Of a DNA stretch of 10,112 nt, positions 1 to 8,356 are shown one piece after another (the stretch's first letter is position 1; each line of letters opens with the position of its first letter). The DNA is taken from positions 1 through 10,112 of the forward strand of contig JAYZBV010000056.1 of the NCBI GenBank assembly GCA_036338595.1, given 5' to 3'. Under the pieces are notes generated by a model. The model ran no database searches, had not been told where the DNA came from, and saw only the letters and a list, made by a program, of their open reading frames with translations. Origin of the DNA: Planctomycetota bacterium. GTDB taxonomy: Bacteria; Planctomycetota; UBA8108; UBA1146. Both the position numbers and the translations under genes were made by a program.

Positions 1-1
1 G

Positions 2-2638
2 ACTGCAGGGTGTGCGCAGTGTCACGAGCACAAGTTTGATCCCATCTCCCAGCGGGAGTACTACGGTCTCTACTCCTTCTTCAATAACACCACCGAGGCG
101 GAGATGGATGGCAATGCCAAGGCGCATGCTCCCGTCGTGAAGGTGCCATCTCAGGATCAAGCGACTCGCCTGGAAAAACTCGCCGAGGATCTGGCCATCT
201 CGATGGAAAAACGCGATGCGCCCGACCCCGAGATGGATACAGCACAACTCGCCTTCGAACAGGAGTGGAACCGATCCTCGAGACGCTGGATGGTCATCGC
301 GCCCGAACAACTGACCTCCAGTGGCGGCGCCACCTTCGAGGCACAGGCCGATGGATCGCACCTGGCTACCGGACCCAATCCCGCCAAGGACACCTATAGC
401 CTCACCACCGTGATCGATGGAGCCACCTACCACGCGCTTCGCCTGGAGGGCTTGCTCGATCCATCGATGCCTGGATCCGGGCCAGGAAGATCTGCAAACT
501 CCAATGTCGTACTGAGCGAAGTGCAGGCGCAGGTGGTCGGAGTCGATCAGGAGTTGAATGACATCGGCGACCCGATCTCCATCACCTTTTCGGGAGCCTG
601 GGCCGATCATGAACAGGATAAGTTCCCCGTCGGTGCAGCCATCGATGGCGATATCACCACCACCGACAAGGGCTGGGCTGTGGCAGGTTTCGATCGCAAG
701 GAGCCACGAACCGCCATCTTCTCCAGCGATGAGCCCTTCGGAAGCGAAGGGATGGTGCGCTTGACGGTGCGCTTCCTGTTCGAGAGCCAGTTTTCACAGC
801 ATGCATTCGGCCGGGTGCGGTTCGCACTCGCAGAGCAAGCTCATCCCGATGCAGAGGAACTCGTCTGGATCGAAGATCACCAGGACAACGGCGGAATCAC
901 CACCACTGGCACTGACAAGCGCGATTGGGACTGGGTCACAGGACCCGACCACCCGGTGCACTCGGGAGAGCGCAGTCGCCTGCAAGTGGTCGATCAGGAT
1001 CGCATCATCCAGCACTTCTTCCACGACGCCTCGAGTACTCGAACCGTCTACGAGGGGGATCGCTTCTACGCCTGGGTCTGGATCGACGAAGAGCAGCCGA
1101 CAAAAACGGTGATGATGCAATTCCACAGCAACAACTCATGGGATCATCGAAGTTTCTGGGGTGAAGACCTGATCAACTTCGGCGGGAGCGATGTGGATGT
1201 TGTCGCACATCGACCGATGGGACCTTTGCCTGCCACGGGACAATGGGTGCGACTGGAGGTCGACGCCGCTCATGTCGGCCTGGCTCCTGGCGCCGTCATC
1301 GACGGGTTCGCCTTCACCCAGTTCGGTGGTAAGGCCTACTGGGATGATGCCGGGATTCTTGGCTACGGGGAAAAAGAGCAACTCGAGCCACTACTGAGTA
1401 CTCCCATCGAAGATCGAAGCGACAAGGACGCCCAGAAGATCCGCCGTTGGTTCCGTGAACGTCACAGCCCTGGCTACACCGTGCTGCTCGATGAGATCCA
1501 GACTCTGGAGAGAGAGAGCGCGAGCATCAACGGCATGATTCCCACCACCCTGGTCGCCGCCGAGCGGATGGACCGTCGTCCAGCTCGAATGCTCAACAGA
1601 GGCGAGTATGACGATCCAGTTGGAGATCCCATCGAACCCGATGTGCCCGCTTTCTTGCCGCCGTTACCGGATGATTTTCCCAGGAACAGACTCGGATTGG
1701 CTCGCTGGCTGACAGATCCTCAGCATCCATTACTGGCTCGTGTCACCGTCAACCGCATCTGGCAGCAACTGTTCGGAACCGGAATCGTTCTGACGGCAGA
1801 GGACTTCGGATCGCAGGGAGAATGGCCCAGTCACCCGGAATTACTCGACTGGCTCGCACGCGACTTCGTCGATGATGGTTGGGATCTGAAACGCTTCATC
1901 AAATCGCTGATGTTGACCGAGACCTACTGTCAGCAATCCCGCATCACCGAACTCGATCGCACTCGAGATCCGGACAATCGACTCCTGTCTCGAGGTCCTA
2001 GATTCCGCATGGATGCGGAGATGATCCGAGATCAGGCGCTGTTCCTCTCGGGACAGATGGTCGAGAAGATGGGTGGTCCGAGCGTCAAGCCGTATCAACC
2101 CGATGGCCTCTGGAAAGCTGTCGGGTACAGCGGTAGCAACACCGTGAAGTTCAAGAAGGACTCCGGAGACAAGCTGTACCGCCGTAGCATCTACACCTTC
2201 TGGAAACGCACCAGCCCGCCGCCCTATCTGGCGATCCTCGATGCGCCCAATCGAGAAACCTGTGTCGTTCGTCGCGAACGCACCAACACCCCGATGCAGG
2301 CGCTGCTGTTACTCAACGACATCCAGTACGTGGAGTGCTTCCGGCATCTGGCCGCACGAATACAACGGGATCTTCCAGATCAGAGTGACCCAGAGAAGCT
2401 CGAACAACTGTGGCGGATGGCAACAGGGCGATCCCCCGATGCAGACGAACTTGCGGAAGTCAGCGAGTTCCTGACCGAGATGCGTGCCTACTTCGGAACA
2501 AATATCGAAGCGGCAAATCAGTTGCTCTCGGTTGGAGATTCGCCACCAGGAGACACCATCGAGCCTGCTGAACACGCAGCATGGACGATGGTCTGTAGTC
2601 TGATACTGAACCTCGATGAAGTGGTGACGAAGGGATAG
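2..2638 (+). CDS. DUF1549 (PSCyt2) / DUF1553 (PSD1) domain protein, planctomycete cytochrome c-like, 5'-truncated by the window edge
   Basis: The frame of the 104..2638 ORF is open back to position 2 and reads [29 protein letters not shown], the typical C-terminal motif of DUF1549 (CxxCH at 11-25). ATG104 is therefore internal. The C-terminal part has PSD1 hallmarks: [90 protein letters not shown], ending [12 protein letters not shown]. Confidence 0.93.
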   Translation, partial: TAGCAQCHEHKFDPISQREYYGLYSFFNNTTEAEMDGNAKAHAPVVKVPSQDQATRLEKLAEDLAISMEKRDAPDPEMDTAQLAFEQEWNRSSRRWMVIAPEQLTSSGGATFEAQADGSHLATGPNPAKDTYSLTTVIDGATYHALRLEGLLDPSMPGSGPGRSANSNVVLSEVQAQVVGVDQELNDIGDPISITFSGAWADHEQDKFPVGAAIDGDITTTDKGWAVAGFDRKEPRTAIFSSDEPFGSEGMVRLTVRFLFESQFSQHAFGRVRFALAEQAHPDAEELVWIEDHQDNGGITTTGTDKRDWDWVTGPDHPVHSGERSRLQVVDQDRIIQHFFHDASSTRTVYEGDRFYAWVWIDEEQPTKTVMMQFHSNNSWDHRSFWGEDLINFGGSDVDVVAHRPMGPLPATGQWVRLEVDAAHVGLAPGAVIDGFAFTQFGGKAYWDDAGILGYGEKEQLEPLLSTPIEDRSDKDAQKIRRWFRERHSPGYTVLLDEIQTLERESASINGMIPTTLVAAERMDRRPARMLNRGEYDDPVGDPIEPDVPAFLPPLPDDFPRNRLGLARWLTDPQHPLLARVTVNRIWQQLFGTGIVLTAEDFGSQGEWPSHPELLDWLARDFVDDGWDLKRFIKSLMLTETYCQQSRITELDRTRDPDNRLLSRGPRFRMDAEMIRDQALFLSGQMVEKMGGPSVKPYQPDGLWKAVGYSGSNTVKFKKDSGDKLYRRSIYTFWKRTSPPPYLAILDAPNRETCVVRRERTNTPMQALLLLNDIQYVECFRHLAARIQRDLPDQSDPEKLEQLWRMATGRSPDADELAEVSEFLTEMRAYFGTNIEAANQLLSVGDSPPGDTIEPAEHAAWTMVCSLILNLDEVVTKG

Positions 2639-2642
2639 CGCG

Positions 2643-2771
2643 ATGGACCCCGAACTGGAGATGAACATCCAGGAGACCCGCCGGCAGTTCTTCGGCCGAT
2701 CTCTCTCCACGGTCGGATCCACCCTCGGTCTTGCCGCGCTCTCTCAACTCGGTGGAATGCCACTGCTGGCA
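2643..2771 (+). other. Tat (twin-arginine) signal peptide coding region
   Basis: TRRQFF fits the S/T-R-R-x-F-L consensus (RR at 2679-2684), followed by a moderately hydrophobic stretch ([16 protein letters not shown]) and a possible cleavage after LLA (aa 43). Confidence 0.75.
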
Positions 2772-4118
2772 TCCGATCCAAACCAGACACTGGCCAATCC
2801 TGGTGTGCTGTTAGCGCCCCACTTCAAACCGAAGGTGAAGCGAGTGATCTCGCTCTTCATGTCGGGTGCCCCGTCTCAACTGGACCTGTTCGATCACAAG
2901 CCAAAGATGCGGGAATTTTACGACAAGGAGCTGCCAGAGACGATCCGTGACGGACAACGGTTGACGACGATGACGAGCGGTCAGTCACGCTTCCCCGTCG
3001 CACCCAGCATCTTCGAGTTTGATCGATACGGGCCTTCGGGTGCCGAGATGAGTGAGTTGATTCCCAACATCGCATCGATCGCCGACAAGATATGCATCAT
3101 TCGCTCGATGTTCACCGAGGCGATCAATCATGATCCTGCGATGACTTTCATCCAGACTGGCAGCCAGCAACCTGGGCGGCCCAGCTTCGGTTCCTGGCTC
3201 AGTTACGGGCTTGGTTCTCTCAATGCCAGTCTGCCCGCCTTCATGGTGATGCAGGCAACATGGACCGGCCGAAAAGAAGCGCAGGCTCTCTTCGAGCGCC
3301 TGTGGGGTGCCGGAATGTTGCCGTCGGAATACCAGGGCGTGACCCTTCGCTCGATCGGCGACCCGGTGTTGTATCTCTCCGATCCACCGGGCGTGGAGCG
3401 AACAACGCGCAGATCGATGCTCGACCGACTGGCAAGACTCAATCGAGGCATCGCCGATCAGATCGGTGATCCGGAAACACTGGCACGCATCGCTCAGTAC
3501 GAAATGGCCTACCGGATGCAATCGTCGGTACCCGAACTGGTCGATACCTCCGACGAGCCTCAGCACGTCAAGGATATGTACGGGCCCGAGGTCGATCAGT
3601 CCGGCAGCTATGCCTCATGCTGTCTGCTTGCCAGAAGAATGGCCGAGCGTGATGTCCGATTCGTGCAGATCTATCATCGTGGCTGGGATCAGCACGGCGC
3701 ACTTCCGTCGACGATTCGAAGGCAGTGTTCCGATGTCGATCAGCCCACCGCGGGCCTGATCAAGGATCTCGAGATGCGCGGGTTGCTCGACGACACACTG
3801 GTGATCTGGGGTGGTGAGTTTGGCCGTACAATTTATTGTCAGGGCGCTCTCACCAAGGAGGACTACGGACGCGACCACCACCCACGGTGTTTCAGCATCT
3901 TTCTCGCTGGAGGCGGGATCAAGCAGGGTCATGTCCACGGTGAAACAGATGACTTCTCCTACAACATCACCAAGGACCCTGTCCATGTTCACGATCTCAA
4001 CGCAACCATCTTGCACCTTCTGGGCATCGACCATGAGCAACTGATCTATCCGCACCAGGGGCGCGATTTTCGTCTCACCGATGTGCACGGTGAGGTTGTC
4101 CATGACATCCTCACCTGA
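2643..4118 (+). CDS. DUF1501 domain protein (sulfatase/alkaline-phosphatase-like, function unknown) with twin-arginine signal peptide
   Basis: 491 aa. Motifs [119 protein letters not shown]. Starts 4 nt after the PSD1 stop, with purine-rich AAGGGA just upstream. The pairing with PSD1 genes is the known arrangement. Confidence 0.94.
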   Translation: MDPELEMNIQETRRQFFGRSLSTVGSTLGLAALSQLGGMPLLASDPNQTLANPGVLLAPHFKPKVKRVISLFMSGAPSQLDLFDHKPKMREFYDKELPETIRDGQRLTTMTSGQSRFPVAPSIFEFDRYGPSGAEMSELIPNIASIADKICIIRSMFTEAINHDPAMTFIQTGSQQPGRPSFGSWLSYGLGSLNASLPAFMVMQATWTGRKEAQALFERLWGAGMLPSEYQGVTLRSIGDPVLYLSDPPGVERTTRRSMLDRLARLNRGIADQIGDPETLARIAQYEMAYRMQSSVPELVDTSDEPQHVKDMYGPEVDQSGSYASCCLLARRMAERDVRFVQIYHRGWDQHGALPSTIRRQCSDVDQPTAGLIKDLEMRGLLDDTLVIWGGEFGRTIYCQGALTKEDYGRDHHPRCFSIFLAGGGIKQGHVHGETDDFSYNITKDPVHVHDLNATILHLLGIDHEQLIYPHQGRDFRLTDVHGEVVHDILT

Positions 4119-4145
4119 TTCGATCTCATTCCATTCGAGACAACG

Positions 4146-5216
4146 GTGCCTTGGATGAGTCCTGGCACTGGACCGTTGCTGGAATATCGAACGACTCCAT
4201 TTTCCCACTGGAGAATCACTCCCCCTGCAGGGCGAGGGCATTCCGAACTGATTCTGGTTCACGGGCTCGGAGAACATGCCGGTCGAATGATGCCACTGGC
4301 CAGAGAACTCTCCGAACTTGGATATCGGTGTCGTGTCCCCGATCTTCCTGGCCATGGTGGCAGCGGTGAAGATGCGCACCATCGTGTGGTCGAAGCCTAT
4401 CTGCATGGCGACGAAGCTGCCGATGTTGTCGATCGCATCCAGGGGATGCCGGAAGCGACGAGGAAGGAAGCACTGAAGATCGCCGAACAGATGCACCAGC
4501 GACTATTTGGAACTTCTTTCGAACAGATCATCGACAGGATTGAAAAACTGGCGCTCTGGAGTTCCATCGATGGCAACGAGTCGGGTGTCCCGCACTTCAT
4601 CTGGGGACACAGCCTCGGAGGGCTCGCCTCCTTTCACGCCGCCTGTCGCATCGATCTGGACCCGGTGGGTTCTCCCGCGGGCCTGGTTCTCGGCTCTCCT
4701 GCATTTGCTCCGCCTGCTGCAGAACAGGATCTGATGGCTCGCTTTTTCATGGGACAGGCCTACTTCTTCTCATCGATGATGTTGCTTCGCCCCATCGCGG
4801 CGCTGCAGCGACTGTTGCTTCGAGGTCTTGGCCTCGATGGCGACGGAGAGTTCGCCAATGAGGCGGTCAGCGATCTTCCAGCGGAGCGCTTGTTGCATTC
4901 CATCGATCCGTTGCAGAACCACAAGATCCCGCTCTGCTTCGCAGGTCGGTTGCTCCCCTGGATGGCCAGGGCCAGACGCAGTGCCCGCACCCTGCGCACC
5001 CCGGTCTTTGTATTTGCTCCCGGTTACGATCCCATCGTCGACCCCAGTGGAGTGCGAACCGTCACGGCTTGCCTTCAGAAGTCCTTTGATCCGCGCCGCC
5101 CTCACCTCCTGAATATTCATGAACAGATGAGGGTTCACGATCTGGCTCGATCGAGTTGCGCAGATTCCATCGTGCCAGGGGTACATCAGTGGATGCAGGG
5201 AGAACTCGGCGGCTAG
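4146..5216 (+). CDS. Alpha/beta-fold serine hydrolase, lysophospholipase/monoglyceride lipase-like (Hydrolase_4 type)
   Basis: LVHGLGEHAGR oxyanion region, DLPGHGGS, nucleophile elbow GHSLGG (Ser156, codon 4611), probable Asp295 (GYDPIVD) and His331 (RVHDL). The start is uncertain (GTG 4146 or ATG 4155) and there is no clear SD. Confidence 0.85.
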   Translation: MPWMSPGTGPLLEYRTTPFSHWRITPPAGRGHSELILVHGLGEHAGRMMPLARELSELGYRCRVPDLPGHGGSGEDAHHRVVEAYLHGDEAADVVDRIQGMPEATRKEALKIAEQMHQRLFGTSFEQIIDRIEKLALWSSIDGNESGVPHFIWGHSLGGLASFHAACRIDLDPVGSPAGLVLGSPAFAPPAAEQDLMARFFMGQAYFFSSMMLLRPIAALQRLLLRGLGLDGDGEFANEAVSDLPAERLLHSIDPLQNHKIPLCFAGRLLPWMARARRSARTLRTPVFVFAPGYDPIVDPSGVRTVTACLQKSFDPRRPHLLNIHEQMRVHDLARSSCADSIVPGVHQWMQGELGG

Positions 5217-8203
5217 CCGTGGTGATTCTGAAAGATCTCTCGAACCAGTTCGGTGTGGTGCTCGATCTCGACCTGCAACCTCTCCTCCGGCGAACCGGCC
5301 GGTGAGGCGTTGAAGCCGATCCGGATGGCCAGCTGGCGCAAACTCCCATCTTCCTGGGATACCGCCTTGACCGATGCCCTGTGCATCATCGCCAGTCGAT
5401 TCTCGACCATCCGCAAGAACTGATAGGCGTTGAGGAGAGTGGTCGATTCTCCTGCATCGATCAGGCCTGCCGCTTCCAGTGCATCGATGGCACTGCGCGT
5501 GCGCGCCTGCAATACCGTCGGATGACTTCCCTGGTGTAGAAGCACCATGATCTGGATCAGGAACTCGATGTCGATCAGCCCACCACTGCCTGCACGGATG
5601 TCAATTCCTTGCTGCTGTTTTGAATCTCGTCTTCGATCATGCATCTGGCGCAATTCCGAAAGAACATCCGATTCGGCAACGCCGCGTCCGAGGTGTTCTC
5701 GAACCCATTTCATCACCTTTTGGCCCAGGTCGGGATCACCGCAGATCGGATTCAATCGAACCAGCGCCTGGTGCTCCCACATCTGAGATCGCTCGCCGAG
5801 GAAGTAATCCTGGAACTCATCAAACCGGGTCACCAGCGCTCCACCGGCGCCATCTGGCCGCAGACGAAGGTCGACGTTGTAGAGCGGACCACCGGTACCG
5901 GATCGACCCAGCATCTCGACAACATGCTTGAGGTGCTCGGTCCAGAAGTGACGCGCCTCATGGCCGCTCTCCGTGGTCCCGACACCGTCGTGAACGAGGA
6001 TCATGTCGAGGTCGCTGGCAAATCCCATCTCGTTGCCGCCGAGTCGCCCCAGCGCCAGCAGGCTGTGGCGCGATGCCTTTTCTCCATCCGGACAGTTCAG
6101 CGGCCCCAGCAGTTCGAGGGTTCTCTTGAGCGACAGTTCGTCGACGATCCGCAATACCGTGCGAGCAATACTGGAGAGTGACCGCAAGACCTGGTCGTGC
6201 GGCATCCTGCCGCTGAGATCCAGGATTCCGGTGTGGACCGAGTGCAGCGCCCTGAACTCGTGGATGAGATGAAAGATCTGTTGCTCATCCTTCACCCCTT
6301 CCAGACTCGAACGTAACTCCTCCAGCAGTGATTCATCCGTGGTGGGCCGGCTGGTGCGAACCCTGTCCACGACCTCATCGAGAATCCCTGCATGATTGAG
6401 CAACAACTCGGACAGGTATCGGCTCTGACCGAACAGATCGACAAAGATCTGGCACGTCTCGGGGTTTTCCGTCAATTGCTGATAGAAGATCGCAGGCGCA
6501 CCGAGTGTCTCGACGCAGTGTACGAACATCAGCGCCGCCTGATCGGGATCCGGAGATGAACGGATCGCATCGAGCAACACCGGAAACAGCGCCGCCAGAT
6601 GGTGCCTGGCCCGAGGCGATCTCAATCCGGCCTGACGCGGGAAGGCGAGTCGCCGCAATAATCGATACGCCTTGCCTGGATCGCGGAAGGAGTAACCACC
6701 GAAGACTCGATCGATCACCTCTTGCTCCGGTCGAAACGCCAGGATGACGTGCACCTCTCCTGCCTGGTCGTCTCCGTAACCACGGAACAGATCATGAAAG
6801 AGGCTCCCGAGGATGCTGCGAATTCGATCTCGCCTGCGGTCGAGTGCTGCCTGAAGATCTTCGCTCTTGTCGTGACCGAGCGACCTGGCGAGGGCGAGGA
6901 ACTGGGCAGGGTCCCCCGACAAGCTGAAGGACTGCCGACGGTGTTGCAGCATTCGATGATGCTCGACTCGTCGCAGAAAACGATAGCCGTCGAGTACGCG
7001 CGCGGATTCGGTCGAGGTCAGGGCGCCGATCGCGCCGAGTCTTCGCAATGCATGGTAGACATTGCCTCCGCGGATCGACTCGTGCACCTGGCCATGCAGC
7101 AGTTGCAGGAACTGGACCAGATACTCGACGTCTCGGATGCCCCCCCACCCGACCTTCAGTTCGGCGCTGTCCTGGCCGGCGGGGCTACTCTCGAGCACTT
7201 CCTTCCAGCCCTGAAGGCGCCGGATCTCATCGAGGTCGAAGGGCCGCTGGTAGACGAAATGCTCCACCTCTGCGAGCAAGCGCGGCAATCCCCGTGTGCG
7301 ATCGTGCACGGCTCGGCTGCGGATGTGCACGATTCTCTCCCAGGTGCCCGCCACGGCGTGGAACTCTGCTCTCGCCTGGCTGACGGTCGGCACCAGTGGT
7401 CCGGTGATTCCGCCAGGTCTCAATCTCAGGTCGGTGCGGTAGAGCGGGATCGATCCGGCATAGCCGGTCAGCAGTCGCAAGACGCCGCGAGCCACCGCCT
7501 CGCAGGGACCCGCCGGAGTCTTGTCATCTCGAATGAAGTACAGATCGATATCGCTCGAGAAGTTCAGTTCGCGTCCACCCCACTTGCCGAGCGCCACCAC
7601 CGCCATCTGCAGATCATTACCACCCAGCACATCGAGCGCACAACGGATGGTGTGGTCTGCAAGATCGCTGAGCGCAAACCCGGTCTGCTCGACATCGAAT
7701 ACACCTTCCAGTTCGCAGCAGACGATGCGGAGTTGTTCTCGGCGGTGCCATCGGTTCAGCGCTCTGGCCCGGGAGGTCTCATCGGCACCCCCGATGGCGG
7801 GCGCGTGCGGAATCTCGTCGGGGTCATCGGTGAACCCTGGCGAGGTCACATCCAGCAGATGCCCCTTCGCCAGCTCCGCCATCGGCTCACCCGCACCGAG
7901 GATTTTTATCAACCTCTCGAGGCGGTCAGGATCGAGAACCTGCTTCGGAAAACCGAGCGATCCACACAACAACCTCTCGAGTCCGCCCAGAGAAGCATCC
8001 GCATCGGATGCGCTCTTGAGAGCGTCGAAGATCCTCTGTTCCTGATCCTCGCCGATCTCCCTGAGCACATTTCTGAGGTTCCACATCGCCCTGTCGGGGG
8101 TGGTGATCCCCAGATACTCGAAGGACTGGCGCCGAATCTGCTCGGGATCGTGGGGATGGGGCCGGGGGGAGCCGAGATCGAGATCTGGAGTGTTTCCCGA
8201 CAA
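5213..8203 (-). CDS. glnE: Bifunctional glutamine synthetase adenylyltransferase/adenylyl-removing enzyme
   Basis: Two tandem nucleotidyltransferase modules: ALGKWGGRELNFSSDIDL...DLRLRP...WER...LKVGWGGIRDVEYLVQFLQL and ALGRLGGNEMGFASDLDM...DLRLRPDG...WEHQAL...GGLIDIEFLIQ. Each is followed by an (G/A)YxFLRxVE helix. About 1000 aa, as expected for GlnE. I prefer the in-frame TTG at 8203 (996 aa) over ATG 8236 because GGAGG lies 7 nt upstream of it. Confidence 0.92.
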   Translation of the reverse strand: MSGNTPDLDLGSPRPHPHDPEQIRRQSFEYLGITTPDRAMWNLRNVLREIGEDQEQRIFDALKSASDADASLGGLERLLCGSLGFPKQVLDPDRLERLIKILGAGEPMAELAKGHLLDVTSPGFTDDPDEIPHAPAIGGADETSRARALNRWHRREQLRIVCCELEGVFDVEQTGFALSDLADHTIRCALDVLGGNDLQMAVVALGKWGGRELNFSSDIDLYFIRDDKTPAGPCEAVARGVLRLLTGYAGSIPLYRTDLRLRPGGITGPLVPTVSQARAEFHAVAGTWERIVHIRSRAVHDRTRGLPRLLAEVEHFVYQRPFDLDEIRRLQGWKEVLESSPAGQDSAELKVGWGGIRDVEYLVQFLQLLHGQVHESIRGGNVYHALRRLGAIGALTSTESARVLDGYRFLRRVEHHRMLQHRRQSFSLSGDPAQFLALARSLGHDKSEDLQAALDRRRDRIRSILGSLFHDLFRGYGDDQAGEVHVILAFRPEQEVIDRVFGGYSFRDPGKAYRLLRRLAFPRQAGLRSPRARHHLAALFPVLLDAIRSSPDPDQAALMFVHCVETLGAPAIFYQQLTENPETCQIFVDLFGQSRYLSELLLNHAGILDEVVDRVRTSRPTTDESLLEELRSSLEGVKDEQQIFHLIHEFRALHSVHTGILDLSGRMPHDQVLRSLSSIARTVLRIVDELSLKRTLELLGPLNCPDGEKASRHSLLALGRLGGNEMGFASDLDMILVHDGVGTTESGHEARHFWTEHLKHVVEMLGRSGTGGPLYNVDLRLRPDGAGGALVTRFDEFQDYFLGERSQMWEHQALVRLNPICGDPDLGQKVMKWVREHLGRGVAESDVLSELRQMHDRRRDSKQQQGIDIRAGSGGLIDIEFLIQIMVLLHQGSHPTVLQARTRSAIDALEAAGLIDAGESTTLLNAYQFLRMVENRLAMMHRASVKAVSQEDGSLRQLAIRIGFNASPAGSPEERLQVEIEHHTELVREIFQNHHG

Positions 8204-8210
8204 TGCATTG

Positions 8211-8215
8211 CCTCC
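8211..8215 (-). promoter_or_regulatory. Shine-Dalgarno site of glnE
   Basis: Minus strand reads GGAGG-caatgca-TTG, a 7-nt spacer before an in-frame TTG at 8203. Confidence 0.65.
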
Positions 8216-8260
8216 CGCTGTGGACCACCTCGACATCCTTGAACGGAATCCAGCCGGAGG
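8211..8260. repeat. Imperfect inverted repeat overlapping the glnE SD
   Basis: CCTCCCGCTG (8211-8220) and CAGCCGGAGG (8251-8260) are complementary at 9/10 positions, with a 30-nt spacer. Confidence 0.6.
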
Positions 8261-8295
8261 GAAGGGTTTCCTCGAAACACACCGCCACGGATCGG

Positions 8296-8324
8296 GTGAA
8301 ATCGACGATCGGTTGGGTTAGAGT
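8296..8324 (+). promoter_or_regulatory. Candidate sigma70-type promoter for frdA
   Basis: GTGAAA (8296-8301, 4/6 to TTGACA), a 17-nt spacer, then TAGAGT (8319-8324, TAnnnT, 4/6 to TATAAT). Motif match only. Confidence 0.45.
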
Positions 8325-8326
8325 TC

Positions 8327-8356
8327 CCCTCCACCTGGCGAGACTTTTTTGGAGGG
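8327..8356. repeat. Inverted repeat overlapping the frdA SD
   Basis: CCCTCCA (8327-8333) and TGGAGGG (8350-8356) are perfect 7-bp arms with a 16-nt spacer. Confidence 0.55.
8351..8355 (+). promoter_or_regulatory. Shine-Dalgarno site of frdA
   Basis: GGAGG 8 nt upstream of ATG 8364, preceded by a T6 tract. Confidence 0.8.

Noticed and set aside
104..106. ATG 104 as start of the PSD1 protein
   Set aside because: The frame is open upstream and encodes the conserved [12 protein letters not shown] motif, so the true start lies outside the window.
2643..4118. Calling the DUF1501 protein a true sulfatase
   Set aside because: No CxPxR/SxPxR formylglycine motif is visible, so only a family-level call is supported.
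4116..4160. Selenocysteine recoding of the DUF1501 TGA
   Set aside because: The TGA is at the family's normal C-terminus, not at a Cys-equivalent position, and I see no convincing bacterial SECIS hairpin after it.
2985..4496. Minus-strand ORFs 2985..3566 and 3615..4496
   Set aside because: Antisense to the DUF1501 and hydrolase genes, with no motifs or RBS support.
6722..8242. 506-aa plus-strand ORF antisense to glnE
   Set aside because: Lies almost entirely opposite a well-supported gene and has no recognisable motifs. Long antisense shadow ORFs are common in GC-rich coding DNA.
8327..8350. T6 tract at 8345-8350 as an intrinsic terminator or attenuator
   Set aside because: No stable GC hairpin closes immediately before the T run. 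It more likely acts as a U-rich translation enhancer before the SD.
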